A stretch of 64,000 bases of DNA from Bilabrum cf. latius (GCA_965178125.1 OZ237738.1:1426001-1490000); one strand, 5' to 3'. Numbered from the stretch's first letter, positions 36,038 through 50,542 are shown. Notes: a model not told the origin generated them from the sequence alone. Numbers and translations: made by a program.

Positions 36038-39000
36038 ATGGAAGCCGGTGCATTCCGTGTTTCAGTGACGCTTCACGAAGTGACGCAAATCGTGCTACCG
36101 TGAGCCACACTGCAGAAGAGCAGCTAGCATCTGGATGGTATCATATTTCATATGTATTGTAGCGACCAGTATGATTCGACTGCCGCTGGTGCCGTTGCTA
36201 CTATCCCTATTCCGAGCTCGCTTTTTGCTGCACTCGATTCGCAGCAATGGCGGCATCCCGAATCCGTATGCCATCGTATCGGTGTGTGGTTCGCAGCAGG
36301 AGACAGAACCTGAGCCTGGATCACATCGAGTCGTATGGGACCGCGCGTTCGGCTTCACGGGCCTCTTCCTTACCGCCGCCTAGCTGCAGCGCGCCGAGGT
36401 CCGGATCGAGGTCAGGCACGCTCGCCTGCTGGGCAGGCACGATCACGTGGGCTCGTACGCTTTCCCACTGATTCAACTGGTTCGTAGGTACAAGGATGAC
36501 GGGGACGCGGACGTGGAGGCGGGAGGAGGCGGCGTGGGCGGCCCGGTGGCCCTCGAATCCGAGAGCGGCATAGGGGATGTCTAGCAGCTCCTGGGCGCCG
36601 CCGTGGCCGATGCCTGGGTCCCGCTCACGAGCGGCGAGAATCCAAGGAGGCCCACGGGGCTTTTGCGCGTCTCAGTCGACGTGATGGGCCCTGCTGGCGC
36701 GATCCCTTCCGTCCGCAGCTACTCCCAGGGCACTGCAGGCAACGGGCTCCCGGAGCAGTTCCAGCCAACCGTGGACCGGCAGGGGCTGCTGCCCAACGCA
36801 GACCCCGCGCTGGCCCTCCGCGCGGCACTGCAGGCCGATGCCAGCGGAACCGACGGTAGCATCTTGGACGCGCTGCAGACGCCCAGCTACCAGCTGGCCT
36901 TGCAGGTCATCAAGGCGGAGGGACTGCCAGCCATCTCGGGGGCCGACGACGATGGAGACGAACCAAGGACCCTGCTGCCCCAGCTGGGGGACGGGGAGTG
37001 GAAAGCGGGTCATCTGGAAGGGGACCAGCAGGGCAAGCAGGCGGCGGCGCTGGCGGGCGGGACCGGCGGTGCGGGAGGGGCGACGGGCGGCAGCCACTCC
37101 CTGAACCCATTCATCGTGCTGCGGTGCGGGGGCCTCTGCAGAGCCACGCAGGTGCACCAGGGAAACCGCTCGCCCACCTTCAGCGAGGAGCTGCAGCTGC
37201 CTGTGCAGCTACAGCAATCCTGGCAGCACGCTCGTGTGGAGCTGTGGCATGCCATCGGGGGCGTCGGCGGCGAGGATGGGGGCGCCTCGAGGGCGCGGCT
37301 GCTGGCCACCGCCACGATCGACGTGGGGCTGGCCCAGCGAGAGGGTCGGGTGGCCCCCTACTGGATGTGTCTGTACGGGCCCACGCCGCAGCAAGGGGCG
37401 GGCTGGATCAGGGCGCTCGCCGACCTGTGGCCCGCTGGTGAGACGGAGGGCATTCCCCGACATACGAGGTACCTGGGCCGGATTCTGGTGGCCCCGCGGG
37501 TGTTTCGGGACAGGAGGCCCCGGCTCGCTTCGGTGCGTATCAGGGCACAGCCCGGGGGCCCGGTCCCTGTCGACACGAGGCTGGCGCTGAGGGTGCTCCG
37601 TGTGAAAGGGATCGACCCCGGTGTGCTCGGCCGGCTGCAGGTGGAGGTCTGTATGGGTGAGCTCGCGCACAGGACCAAGTGGGCGTTCCCCAGCGAGCCC
37701 GCCGCAGCGGTGGTCAACGCGGCGAGGACTGTCGGTGGGGTGCGGGTGGACGGCAGCGAGTACGTGACAGACGACGGCGCGGCCAAGAACGAGACGTTCT
37801 TCGTCCCCCCTCGGCTGCCGAGGAGCCTAATGGCGGGCGGCGGGCCTTCTGGTGCTGGTTCTGGTGCTGGTGCTGGTGCTGGTGCTGGTGCTGGGGTCAG
37901 GAAGGGCCAGCAGCCAGGCAGCAAAGTGGACGGGGGAAAGGACGACGCCACTGCGAGGGTGGAGGATGAGGCCCAACGGGCGCGGCTGCGGGTCCTGTTC
38001 GGGCGCGCCTTTGGGGGGGAGCCCGCGGGGGAGCTGCTCTCGAGGCGCCTGCCAAAGGCAGACTCCACGGCCTCGGAGCGCATCCGTAGGCAGATCCCCG
38101 ACGTGATCGTGAACGTGTTCGCGTCGGGGCCGGCCACGGGCTTCGCGCGGACCCTGGTCGGGACGGCGCGGGTGTCCGCCATCCAGCTGGCCAGGGTGTT
38201 CGGCGAGAGGCCCGAGGCGGCCTCGCCCATCCAGGCAAGGACCATCCCGCTGCTGCCGCCCCGACGGCCCACCAGCACGGCGGCCCGGGCGGCGTGGGAG
38301 CGTCGGGAGGAAGAGCAGGACACGAAGGCGCGCTTCGGCATCCTGGCCGCATCGGAGGAAGGGGGCACGGGGCTGGACTCGGCGGCGGGGTCTGCGCCCG
38401 TGGCTGTGGGTGCCTTCGGAGGCGAGGCTGCGCGGGGCACCGGGTATCGTGCAGACGAGGAAGATGAGGTTGGATCCAGCGGGAGCGGGGGCAGGCTGGG
38501 CAGCGGTGCCGTGGGCGAAGCGCCCATCGGGCACGTGGTGCTCCAGGTTGCGGTGTGCCAGAGGGACTCGGACCGGGCATAGAGGGGCGGAGACAGGGGC
38601 AAGCGGCTGCAGGCCGTGTTTGGAATCGGGCACGGGAGCAGCATGGTGAAGCGCGGCCAAAGGACAGAGGAAGAAAGCGAGGAAGCGAGCGGACTGTCCA
38701 CTCGAAGCACCTCAGCCGCGCCCACACCACGCACGGGGCCAGCAGGCGGGATCATCGCGGAGCATCCCGCGGAAGACCACGAGCTGCAGAGCCAGATGAA
38801 GCTGGCGGCCAGAGAGAGGCTCAAACAGGCCGCCCGCTCCCTGCCTCCCATGCCCTGGCCCTGGCAGACCTCTGGCACTGCCGGTGCGGTAGAAATGTCT
38901 GGTCCCGGGGAGCTCGGCTTGGACGCGGGGAAAGAGGCAAGGGCCAGGGCCAGGGCGCTCCGCAGCGCGATCCACAGCCGCGCGCTGGCCCGCCGGACCG

Positions 39001-42000
39001 CCCTGCACCGCGCCAGGCGCAGATCCCTCCTGGGCTCCAGCGACCGGACCTACCAAAGGGGCGAAGGGGGCGAGGCCGCTGCCAGGCTGCAGCTGGGGTG
39101 GTCCTGCTTCTCGGACCGCGAGCTGGGCGAGGCACAAGCGATGCTGGAGGGGGCTCCTCCGGGCACCGCGCGTGACCTCGCCTCCGACCTGATCCGGGAT
39201 GCCTCCAGGCGGCTGACCGTCGGGCCCGACTCGGCGGTGCCGGACCCTGGCCTGGGCACGAGCCCAAGCCCCAGTCTAGCTGCCACCCCCAGCAGAGGCA
39301 AGGACAGCGACGTTGACGTGGACGAGGATGGACCATTCACGCCTCGAGACCCGCTGGACGATGCCGCAGAGGGCTCCCCTGTGGACCTGCCTGCCCCCAC
39401 GGCTGGAGACGTGGTGCAGCTGCTGCAGGAGCGCCCACCCGGAATCGCGGCCGTCCTGCACGCCGTGGACGAGCCTCCTATGCCTTCCCCGCAGAGCAAC
39501 GTCAAGGAAGACCTCGTCGTGATCGTGTACGCCGCAAGGGGCTTGGACATACCCCCCTACCCCATCGGGCCCAGGTTCTTTGACAGGCAACCGCGGCGTA
39601 TGCCGGCTGGAAATGGGGAGGCGCCTCAGCTGGCAAGTCCGGGTTTGTACGTCGAGTTTGGGGGTCCATCCACTGGCCTGTGGAGGACCGACCCGGCCGC
39701 GTCCTTTGGCCCCAGCGTGTACTGGGGCGAATCGAACGGCTTCAAGGCCGTGCTGCCTCCGGCCGCGCTTCCTCGTCGGCTGGCTGTGCTGACGAAAGCG
39801 GAAGAGAGGCTGCGGGCAGCCTCGGACCACATCGCGCACCTGATCCTCGTCGCTGAGCAGCACAGGGGGAGAGCGAGGGCGTGGAGGTGGAGTGTCGTGG
39901 ACATGCAGCGGAGGGTGAGGGAGGCGAGGCGGGCGGCGCCACACGAGGACAAAGAGGAGGAAGAGTAGGAGGGCGAGAACGGAAAGAAGGACGAGAGCGA
40001 TGACCACTGGCAAGGTGCAGCAGGGCACGGACCTGACGTGGGAAAGCCGGGCGGTGCCCTACTTGGGGGCACTGGCGAAGCGGGCGAGCGCAAGGACAGC
40101 GACACTGGCGACGGTAACCCGCTGCTGCCTGGCTGGGCAGGGGCGGATGCCCCCGGCAATGCGTGGACGTCCATCTCTCACGCAGTTGAAATGGACGAGT
40201 CGGGCGGGCCGCTGGGTATGCAGGGGGCCGGTGGCGGCATGCACGGGCCAGCAGGGCGAGACCCATCGGCTTCGGCCGATTGGCCAGCCCTCATATCTGA
40301 CCTGAGGCAGGCGGTCCGGTCCTCCATACGGCTCGAAGTGGACTCCGTGGAGGCTGCCAAGCGGCTCCACTCGTCACATGAGCGGGTGCAGTCGCTGCTG
40401 AAGCAGGTTGCGCTGGCCCTCCGCGGCTGGGAGGCAGCCGGGGCCAGCAGCGCGAGCCGCGGCAGCGGAGGCGGGTCGACCGGCGGGTCCGGCGCATAGG
40501 AGATGCAGGTGAACGCGGTGCTGCAGCAGCTTGTACCGTTGCCAGAGAAGACGCACCTACGGGTGCACTTCGGCTGGGGCGGGCTGGCGCGACACGCAAG
40601 GCGGCAGCAGGCGGGAGGGCGCGGGCAGGCAGGGGCTAGCGGGGGAAAATAGCCCCGGCAGAAGTCGTCACCGTCGGGCACGGCGGCATCGGGCAGGGAC
40701 TAGAGCCAGGACCAAGACCCGGACTAGGGACCCGCCTGGAGCCCGGACCCCAGCGGAGATTTTGCCATCGCCGAGGTGCCGCAAGCCCTGCTGCGGCCCA
40801 CGGCAGAGCCCGTGTGGCTGCCGCTCCAGGCGGTGGGAGCGGTCGTTCCCGGGTTCGGTACCCAGAGGGCGGACAAAAAGAGAATGGAGCGGGAGCGCAA
40901 GCAGCGGAAAGCCGTGGGCGCGGCACCTCCGAGCGAGCGCACGTCGCTGGGGCTGGCTTGCAGGGTGCCCGAGCGGCCCAGGGCGGCGGGAGAGGTGCTG
41001 GTGTGGGTGACCTACCGCTCCGGTGTGACGAGGGCGTGGCATAGGGCACAGGTAGCCACGCGGTCCGCGGCGGCAGCGGCGTCGCTCGGCGTCCCGCGCA
41101 TCGCCCTGCCACGTGCCCTGCTGGATCCGGCCCAGGCTCGCGGTGCGCAGGACGTGCTGATCCAGCACCTGAACCAGGCCTTGGCGAGTGACGCGTCGGG
41201 GGGGCCAGCCACGCGCCGCCGTGCAGTGCCCCCGTGGTCAAATCCGCACCGCCGATCCGCTATGGTCACGGGCAGGCTCCTGCACGAGGCGCAGACGAGG
41301 GGGATCCCCTCAGAGGCGCTGGCCATGCGGGTCACCAGACAGGTGCAGCCCTGGCTGCCCGAGATGCGGAGGTACTGCGTGAACGTGTCTCTCGTGGGGC
41401 TGCGCGAGCTGGTTGCATCTGCCGAGGCGCTCGGGTTCTCAAGGGGTACTCTGCGGTCGAGGACGGCGGGGCAGGGCAGGCACCTGCGCTGGAGAATCGA
41501 GATCAGAGTCCCTTCCGTGGGGCACAGCGCGCTGCGGCAGGCGGGCTGGCACGTGGCAGAGGTATCAGCGGAGGACTGGGTCTCGGTGGGCCACGAGACG
41601 AGGCAGCAGCTGCACCGCTTCGACTACCACAGGTCCAAGAAGGTCGCCCAGGTCGTGCTCAGGGCCATCGACAGACTCATGCGGCCCGTCCGCAACATGC
41701 GCCGGGGATAGCCAGCAAGGGTGGCTGATTCCCGCAGGCGAGCCTCCAGTATTGACCTGCTGATTGAGATGCAGAAAGCGGCCACGAGGCTGGGGTCTCT
41801 CAGGTTAAGATAGGAACGAGAAAGGCGGAGCAGGCGGGAGGGGGGCTTGCTGGGGGCCGCAGGGGGCGCATCTGCAGCGGCAGCGGCCGGTCCAGAGGAG
41901 GACAGCAGCGAAGGCGAAGGCGAAGACGAGGAGGGCAAGCGCAGCCGGAGCGGGAGCGAAGATTCGCTGGACGGGGCGGGCAAGGAGGAGGAGGACGGTG

Positions 42001-45000
42001 GCAGCACGGTAGACTCGGGTGCTGGCAGGCGGCACTTGAAGGTTTGGATGTGCGGGCGAGGCGTGGGCAGACTGGCGCAGGCCGCGGGTCCCTCGGGCCA
42101 CGCGATGCGGTACGGGGAACAGGGCCTGGATGACGAGAGTCTCAGCCCCATGCTGGTGCGGCCTCGGGCAGTGATGCCGGTGCACAGCGGGGACACCCTC
42201 CTCGTGCTGGAGGGCGACGGGCTGCCCCCTTCCAAGCCGCTTTCCGAGGCCGTGGCCAAGCGCACCGTCGCGGAGACGCTGACGGCGAAGGGGGCCACCA
42301 GCGAACGCTCGGTGGCGAAGGTCCGCGCCTACGACATGGAAGGGGCAGAGTCGCCCGAGACGGAGCTGGCTGCCCTGGCGGCTCCCCAGCTGTTCCTTGG
42401 GGGTTCCATCGGGTCCGTTGGCGGCAATGCGCCGGCGGAGGCCAGTGACCCGGAGACCCGGCTGCGGCATGCAGTGGAGGAAGTGCTGCACGCGAGCGCA
42501 GCGGGGGGCCAGGGGGCTGAGGACCCCGAGGTGGGGTCAGCAGGGGATGACCCCATGGACGCGCGGGGTGCCTCGTCCTGGCAGCAAGCTAGGTCGGCTC
42601 GGCTTGGGGTGTGGCTGCCCAGGCTGGCCGCATTGTGCCCCGAGGCCCAGGTGTCGGTGTACCGCCGCACCATCAAGCCGCTCTCCGAGACGTACAGGGG
42701 GGCGGGCCTGCCCCCAAGCGAGGGAGGCAAGGCCTCCGACGAAATGGCGGCTCGTCGGCTGGGCACCCAGGCCTTCCTCCGCGGGCCTGCTCCCGTGGAC
42801 GTCGGCAAGGCGATGTCCAACGCGGCGGCGGCGCGGAAAGAAGGGCTGGCGGCCGCAGCGGCCGGAGACGGGTCACCAGCTGCAGCGGGCAGCGAGGACG
42901 TGGGCACGGGTCTAGGGGGCGAGTACAAGCCCCACGGGGCCGGGGGCAAGGAGGACGATGGTGAGCTCGGGCGGGCCTGGCAGCTGGTGGGCGTGGCGTC
43001 CATGCCGCTGGGTCCGCTGGTGGAGTCTGCGGAGAGGGCGGAGGTGAGGGAACAAGAGGAGCAGGAGCAGGAGCAGGAGAGGCAGCAGCGGATGGCCATG
43101 GTCCCCTTCGCTGGCTCGCGTGGGGCCACCAGCCGAAGGCTAAGGCATCACAAGCCATTTGAGATGGACGGAGAAGGACGAACCCTGGTTAGTGAGGTGC
43201 CACAGAGGCTGTCTGCTGACGAGCTGCAGCTGGGCAAGGCTGTCGGACCGAAGGGACTGTGGGGGGCGCTGGAGCGCGCCGCCACCATGCAGGCGGCGGA
43301 GCAGAGGGTAGCAGGTGGTTTCCGCCAGGACGGTCTCACGCTGAAATCGGCGCAGGCGTCGACCATGTCTGCTCGGGAGAGGCTGCGTTTCTGGCTTCCG
43401 TCCAAGGACAAGGGGCGAGTGGTGCGCAACGGAGCGGCACCTGGCCTAGACGCCCAGAACGAGGAACAGCTGCTGTCCACCGTGCTGAACGCGTCGGCCA
43501 ACGCGCACGTGCTCGCGAACCAGCTCAGGCCAGGAGACGAGGAGATCCAGGTGGGCGGGGCGGGAGCGGACAAGGCCGAAGCTGCCGACCCCCTGCACTT
43601 TGAGGCGCCACCGCAGCTGCTCAAGTCCGTGGGTGCGGATGGGGACGACGGGGAGGAGGGGGGTGAGATGGACGGTGACGCCTTCCCGGGCACGACCTCA
43701 GTGGAGCTGAAGCGGTTCCTGGTGACGCCCACAATGACGGCATTTGCGAGCGGGCTGCTGTCCTCGCAGGAGGCATGGCTCATACGGCTGGCCATGGCGG
43801 TGCGGCCAGACGGCACCATGGACGGGTGGTGGATGAGGGCGGGCCCGGAGTTCAGGGGCGGGATCCTGCCTCCTCTGACGGAGCGAGAGGCCAGCGAGGC
43901 GGGGGCAGGTCGCGGGGGATTCGGTGCCGGGAGCCGCGACGGCGCTGGCGGCGAGGCCTCGAGTGGCGCAGGTGCAGACTTCCGCGGTGGCGGCGGGGAG
44001 ACGCCCGGGGCCGCCATATAGAGGCTGGACCAGGACACGGCAGACGCCCTCAACCAGGTGCTGGAGCGGGGGGCCGACAGGTTGAACACCGCCACGGAGA
44101 AATACAAGGAGGATTCAGATTCAGATTCCGAATCGGACGACGAGTACGAGGACGAGGATGAGGAGAGCTTGCTGGGGAGTGAAGAGGGCGAAAGCGTTGG
44201 AGATGTGGAAGCAAAGGCAGCAGACGTTGGCGCTCTCCTGTTCGATGACGGGGAAGAAGATTATGGGGACAGCGCGGATGATAGCGAGGGGGCGGCCAGT
44301 GCATCGGCTGCCTCGGCCTCCGGCAGGAGCGCCAGCAGCAAGAGCAGGGGCAGGGGCAGGGGCAGGGGCAGGGGCAGGGGCAGGGGCAAGGGCAAAAGGT
44401 CGAGTCGCGCCTCCGGAGCCGCTGCGTCCGTCCGCAGAGATGGCGCTCGGCTGAGGGCCCGAGGATCGGACGACTCGGAGCGGAGCACGAACGAGGACGA
44501 TGGTGTTCCCTGGGACGCGGAGGAGCTCCTGAAGCAGGCGGACGCCTCGAGGCAGGGCAGCGGGACGGGCGCAGAGATGAGGGTGGTGCTCGGCAGGGAG
44601 GACTTCACCCCGCAGCTGCAGCTGGCGCTCAGGCCGGTGCCCACGCGCGTCACGGCGGGGCGTGTGCGTGAGCTGGAGGCTCGCTGGCCCAAGGTAGAGG
44701 TGGATGGGGGCGACGTGGCCATCCGAGAGAGGTATATCAGGCCACTCGAAGCGCAGTGGTGGCTGCGGCCCGTGGCCCCAACGCAGCACCTGTGGATGCC
44801 TGCGGGTCCCATCTCTACGGCTGAAGTTGCGAGCAGCGCGGTGTCCGGGCAGCTGCTCCCAAGCGGGGTACTGCCCGCGCTACCGCCGGGTGCGAGTGGC
44901 CAGGGCGCGATCGTGCAGTGCACCCACCCTCCTCCAGGTGCCGAGGACGAGCCGCTCCCGCTCGAGGGGCGCGCAGCTCTGTCCAACGGTCGATCCACCT

Positions 45001-47999
45001 GGCGCGGCTGGGCCCCACCCAGGCAGGCCCTCAGCTTCACCGTGCACGGCGTGCTGTTCCTCTCCCCCTACGAGAGAAGGCTGAAGGGGGAAGACCCGCT
45101 GCCACAGTACCTGGAGCACGACGAGCACCAGCACATGCAGCAGATGCAGGAGGCCGCCATGGAGCAGCAGAAGGCCAGGGGCTGGGGCCATCAGGGCGGA
45201 CAGGCCGTCGACGGGAGGGACAGAGATCACAAGGCGCGCGTAGCACGTCTGCCGGAGCCCGTGCGCCGCCGCAGCGAGCTCGCCCAGTCACCCGGGTTCT
45301 TTGCCCCCTCCAAATGCGCGCTGCCGGTGGGCGCCAAGCAGGTGCTGTGCCGCCCCTCCTCGCTCGGAGGGCGCTGCAACGCGTCTTTCGTGGGCTGGCG
45401 CAGGGCAGGGGCCATGCGCACGCGCGTGCGGATGGTCACCGCCTCTGGTCCGACAGGCCTCGGCAGCGGCATGGACCAGGGCATGGGTGCAGCAAAGCAC
45501 GCGGCCACGCAGCTGCTCGCAGATGGGGCAGCGGACGATGACTGGCGCCTGGCGGGGAGCGAGGTGTTTGCCAGCACGCAGCGGCTGCTGACGGCCTACT
45601 CGAATACGGTGGAGGCAATGCTGGGCGAGCTGCTGCCCCAGCACGAGGAGCTCCCCCCCCTGGACTTCGAGGGCACCTGGATGTGGAGGCCACCCGACAT
45701 GGTGGTGGTGCATGACACTGGCCCGAACGCCGATCCGCTAGAGGCATTCCTTGGGCCCGACTACCGCTTCGACGGCGAGGAAGAGGGCCCTCGGCATCCT
45801 GAGAGTGCTGACTTGGAAGAAGAAGAGGATGCGGGGCTCCGCGGCGGGACCGATGGCGAGGGCGCCGACATGGGCAAAGGAAGCGGCACAGGCGCGGGCG
45901 GAGCTGCTCCAGCGGCTGCGTCAGTCCCGGGGAGACCGGTGGGCGGCCGCGGCAGCATCACTGGGTCGGCCGGGTACCTCGGATCGGTGGATGGGTCGAG
46001 CGTGACGGGCGGAACCTCCACCACGGCGCTGACGAGGCTGAACCAGCACCACCACAGCTAGCCTCGGTTCAGCGCCAGAGAGTTCACAAAGATGATGCGG
46101 AGGCTCGTGAGCCCCGGGCCCGCCGTGCAGCGCCTGGAGGTGACCGTGATCATCCGGCGGGCACTCGGGCTGGTGGCACCGGACGGGGGCCAGGCGCGGC
46201 CTCTTGTGCGCCTGAGGGTGGAAGGGACGGGCGCGCCTGACCTCGCGGGGCCCTTCCACGCGCGGGCCACGGCCCCGACCGAGGTGGTGGGCACACTGGG
46301 GGCCGGCGGGATGCCGATCCTGGAGCAGCTGCACGTGACAGCGGTGGTGCCCGGGCGGTGCAGGCTGGTCATCGAGGTGCTCCACGTGCCGGCTTTGACC
46401 ACCTTTGGGGGCGGAGGAACACAGGGTCCTGGGGAGGCCGCCGTGGCGATGCTGCAGAGCGGGATGCAAGGCCTCTAGGCGGGGTCCGGCGGGGCGGGTG
46501 CGGACACCGGCGCGGACGGGTCCTCCGGACTGGCTGGTGCCAGGACGATCGGCTGGACGTCGATCGACCTGGAGGACCGGTGGACCAGTCCGGCCTGGAG
46601 GGCGGCCTTGCGAACGGACGCGCTGCCCGTGGAAAGGCGGCAGCTGCGGCCGCCGTGGGAGCCCCGATGGGAGTTGGAGCAGGCGCTGCTGGGGCCTCCC
46701 GAGGTGGCCGACCAGCTGCGTGACGAGGACGACAACGGGGGGAACAGCGACAGCGACGCTGGGGACGAGGGCCGCGCCAGGAAGAGGGTGGGCTGGCTCG
46801 TCAAGGCGCAAGGGGTGGAGACAGATGCGGCAGCCAAGGGCAAGGCAGCAACAGCGGCGCTGCTGGCAAAGAGGTAGGCCAAGCGAGCGCGCAGGCACCG
46901 TGCCGAGGTGCTGGGCAAGGGCAAGGACAAGAGTGCTGGTGCGGCCGGCGAGTCGAAGGGCAGCGGGGGCAAGGGCCAGCTGGCCGGGCTGCCGGGGACG
47001 TCGCAGTCCACGCTCAGGCGCAGGGCGAAGCGAGGCATGCCACGGGGGTCGCTGGACGTGTGGGTTGCCATGAGGCGCCCGGGTGACTCGCTCTAGCTGC
47101 CCCCTTGGGCCAATGACCAGGTAAGGAGAGGGCAGGGCGTCCCATTCGAGGCCCGCTTCGTTGCTTGGACGGCGAGGCAGCGGCGAGGGGACGGCACCAA
47201 AGTGCCTGTCTACTGCACTGCCGAGCTGCTCGTGCCTGGTGGTGCCAGGGCACAGCGGGGGATGGGCGCGCTGGGGCGGCTCTTCGCGGACGGGCTCGAG
47301 CCGTCTGTCGCGATTCGGCAGCAGACGCAGTCGCACCCCGGCCAGATCGGCACCGGCGACGACAAAAGGAACCTGGAACTCAACTACCGGTTTGTTCTCC
47401 GGTTCGAGCTGGAGCAGGAGGTGCTTGAGGCGATCGAGGGGGTGCGGAGACAGGGTGCGGGTGGAGGGGGGGATGCTCTCGGGGGTGCTGGCGGGGCCGG
47501 CGGCGAGGGGGGTCCCGGGGACGGGGACCAGGCCGGGCGTCCGCGGGGGGCGGGGGGCACTGCCTCCCCCCTGGCCCTGCGCGTGCCCAGGGTGCGGCTG
47601 AGGGTGTGGCAGGAGGGCGGCATCTTCGCGGACCCGGTGCCCCTCTCGGAATCGATCCTGGACCTGGCGCCGATGGTGCGCGAGTGCCACGCGCAGCAGG
47701 GCTCCGTGCAGGTGCCCAGGACCTGGGCGGCGACGAGGCCGACCGGAGTGCCGGGATCTGCGGCGGGTCAGGTGGAGCTGGAGGCGTCTTGCCTGCCCGG
47801 CGTGATGGCGGATGCAAGGCCGGTGGGAGTCGGCAGGGACGCGCCCAACAGGGACCCTTTCCTGAGGGAGCCTCGCGTGCCCGAGCAAAAGACCGTCTGG
47901 GAGCAGTTCCTCGAGACCCTGCGGTACGTGCTGGGCTGGATCCTGTGCCTGGTGGTAGTCATCGTGCCTATCAGCATCATCGCCAACCAGTTCACCTGA
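36038..47999 (+). CDS. Giant ferlin-family multi-C2-domain tail-anchored protein (~3,940 aa)
   Basis: Eleven ORF-track fragments from 36135 to 47999 lie in one frame. I read every gap and found only TAG (15 in total). Intron at 36100-36244. C2 motifs 'PNPYAIVSV', 'LQVIKAEGLP', 'LNPFIVL' and 'YLGRILV'. Ferlin motifs 'IGWTSIDLEDRW' and 'RPVGVGRDAPNRDPFLREPR', then a C-terminal transmembrane helix. Ends TGA. Confidence 0.88.
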
Positions 48000-48141
48000 A
48001 CGAGAGAACAGGCCCGTTTTCTGAGAGAGGGTGCGGGAGGGCCAGAGAGCACGGGCTCAACAGCAGCGCGCACCTTGAGTGAATTGGATTGAAAGCTCTC
48101 TAGATTAAATATAGGATGCACTGCATTGCAAAGCAGGATCG

Positions 48142-49454
48142 TCAGGACTCCATGGGCGCCGCTCCGCTCCCACTCCCACCGGGCCCCCCTGTGCCTCCAC
48201 CCGGACCCCCCGACGCATCGCCCCCCTCGCCCCCCTTGGCACCGCTGCCGCTGTCCGCCCCCTTGCCCCCCCCTTCTCCTCCTCCTTCCTTTGCCCCACC
48301 TTCTTGTTCCCCAGTGTTCCCTGCCGCCGCCCCGTCCGCTGGGGCACCGGCCTGGCCCGACCCCGCGAACCCCGGCGGGAGCTTCTTTCCGTGTGCGTGC
48401 GCTGCGGCGGTGATATTTGCGATGGACAGCGGCCCCGCGCCCCCTGGCCACTCGGTGGAGGGGATGGCTGCGGGATCCAAAGCCTTGACGATGAGGTTGT
48501 GCCCGTACCAGTCGGCAAGCTCTATGGCCGTGTGCATCAGCTGCGGTGGAGGTAAGGCGGCAGGCAACGGGTGGATGGAATAAGGGGCTTGGTGCTCTGG
48601 GGAGCGAGTTGAGAAGCAGAATCAAGTGCGATCGGTGCGTGTGTGGTTGGGGGTGGTGGAGCGGTGGGCGGCCGCGCATAGTATGATACGCAATGCATTG
48701 CGCTGCACTCACCCTGTTCCCCTCCAGCTTGTCCGCCTTGCACCTCGTCAAGAAGAGCACAGCCTCGTGCTTGCCGTACTCGGCCGCAGTCATCAGGGGC
48801 GTGTACCCGCTGCCGTCCTTTGTGTCCACCATCGAGGCACCCCCGCGGCGCAAGAAGGAGCGCACCGTGCGAAGGCCGCAGGACATGCACGCAAAATGGA
48901 TGGGCAGCCTCCCGCAGAGGTCCCTCGCGAAGATGTCGGCCCCGGCGTCGATGAGCAGCTGCGCGGCGGCATCGTTGCCCGATCGGCACGCAACGTGGAG
49001 GGCTGTCACGCTTCGCTCGTGCTGCGAATGCATAGAAAATAAAACAAGTTACGAGTCTGGTACTGCCCGCAGATAGCTGCATCGGTTTGCCAGCCTAAGC
49101 TCAGCAGGAAACTGATGTCCAAACCCTCACCACTTTAGTGTTCACGTCCACGCCAAGCTCCTCCACGAGCGCTCGGGCCATCTCGATGGCCTCAATATTT
49201 TCACACGCAAGCATTAGTGGCGTCATTTCCCGTCCCTCGTCCAACACATTGTTCAGTTCCAGCATAGGGTGCCTCTCTATTACGTCCAAGAATTGCCCGA
49301 CGTCCCCGTTGCTGCATGCAAGCATCATACGCTTCGTTTCCACCTCGCTCAGACCCATGGGAGATGGTTTCGAGTATGAATATTCCGGCACCACGGGCGG
49401 TGCCTTGATTTCTTCCTTGATCGTGCTGATTGTGCTTGAGCTGACCGCGGCCAT
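48142..49454 (-). CDS. Ankyrin-repeat protein
   Basis: 'MTPLMLAC', 'TALHVAC', 'LPIHFAC', 'GYTPLMTAA' and 'TAIELA' across three exons (introns ~49024-49129 and ~48541-48712). Ends TGA. Confidence 0.85.
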
Positions 49455-49714
49455 TACTTATCTGTCCTGAATCTATTGCGACTAAGGAGGTTCACAGAGC
49501 TGTGCAAGTTCAACCTTTGGATTATTTTTGGTCCCACAACCACACTAGAAGTACCGCTCGCTCTGTTTAGCAGAAAGTATACTCCCAGTAAATTCGAGCC
49601 GTTTATGGTTGCGCGCAGTTTCGAAGAAAAGCAGACTGCAACTGAACGGCAACGAATTTTACAAAACCGACCTCACGTGCCAAACCTCCTTAATTCCCGC
49701 GCACGAAAGTAGCC

Positions 49715-50542
49715 ATGGCAGCATCTGGATATAGCAGTTTGTCCCCGGCGCACTTGGCTGCATCGGCTGCAAAGGCAGCCACTAGGCATTCTTCGTCCCC
49801 TGCAGCTCACGCCATCACCGACCTGAGCTCCACAGACGATGGTGCGCTTGGAATGCTGGATCCGTGCATCCGTGGCGGATTTCGGCTTGTGTACGATCGC
49901 GAGTGCCCGTTTGAGGTTCGCGTACAGGAAGGTGACAAGGGGCCCGAGGACGTTGGCACGCTCGAGGCGATCCGAGCTAAAGTTCTTGTATCCGGCGATG
50001 CCAGGGCCCCGGCTGCAGTTCGAGTTGAGCTTTCTTCTGAGAATGATCTGTTCTTTTAGTACTAGCACGAGTGCTCTTCGGCTGATTTCGCCACCGTGCA
50101 AGAGGAATAGAAGTTGATGGTGGAATTTTCAGACTATGCCAGTGTTCTGTGCAGGAGCCTGAACAGTGCTATCAAGGATCCACACTCGTATTTGGCGGTA
50201 TTTGTCATGCATTCGGATGGTCACGCGCGCCTAGACTTCATCTAGAACATGGAATACAAATTCGTCGAGCTGCTGTCGGCAAACTTCATGCGAACACCCG
50301 ACGCGGCGGTGCGGGAGAGAATAAGTTACAGATACAATACAGTCAAGAGCAAGCTGGCGATGCTGCAGGCTCGGATCAGCGACGTGCAGAAGATCGTCCA
50401 GGCGAAGAACCCCTCCCTGCTCCTCCAGCTGCAGAAGCACGCCGGCGCCGCAGTGGCCGCTGCAACGCACCGGGCAGCGAGTTCCCGGGCTGCAGCTGCC
50501 TCGGGCGGGGACGCGGACCCTTCTGCGGGAGGCGGGAAGTGA
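49715..50542 (+). CDS. SAS-6-like protein (SAS-6 N-terminal head domain + short coiled coil, 275 aa)
   Basis: 'VRVELSSENDLFF*Y*H...VQEE*KLMVEFSDY...YLAVFVM...ARLDFI*NMEYKFVELL', with TAGs at 50057, 50063, 50108 and 50243. Ends TGA. Confidence 0.9.
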
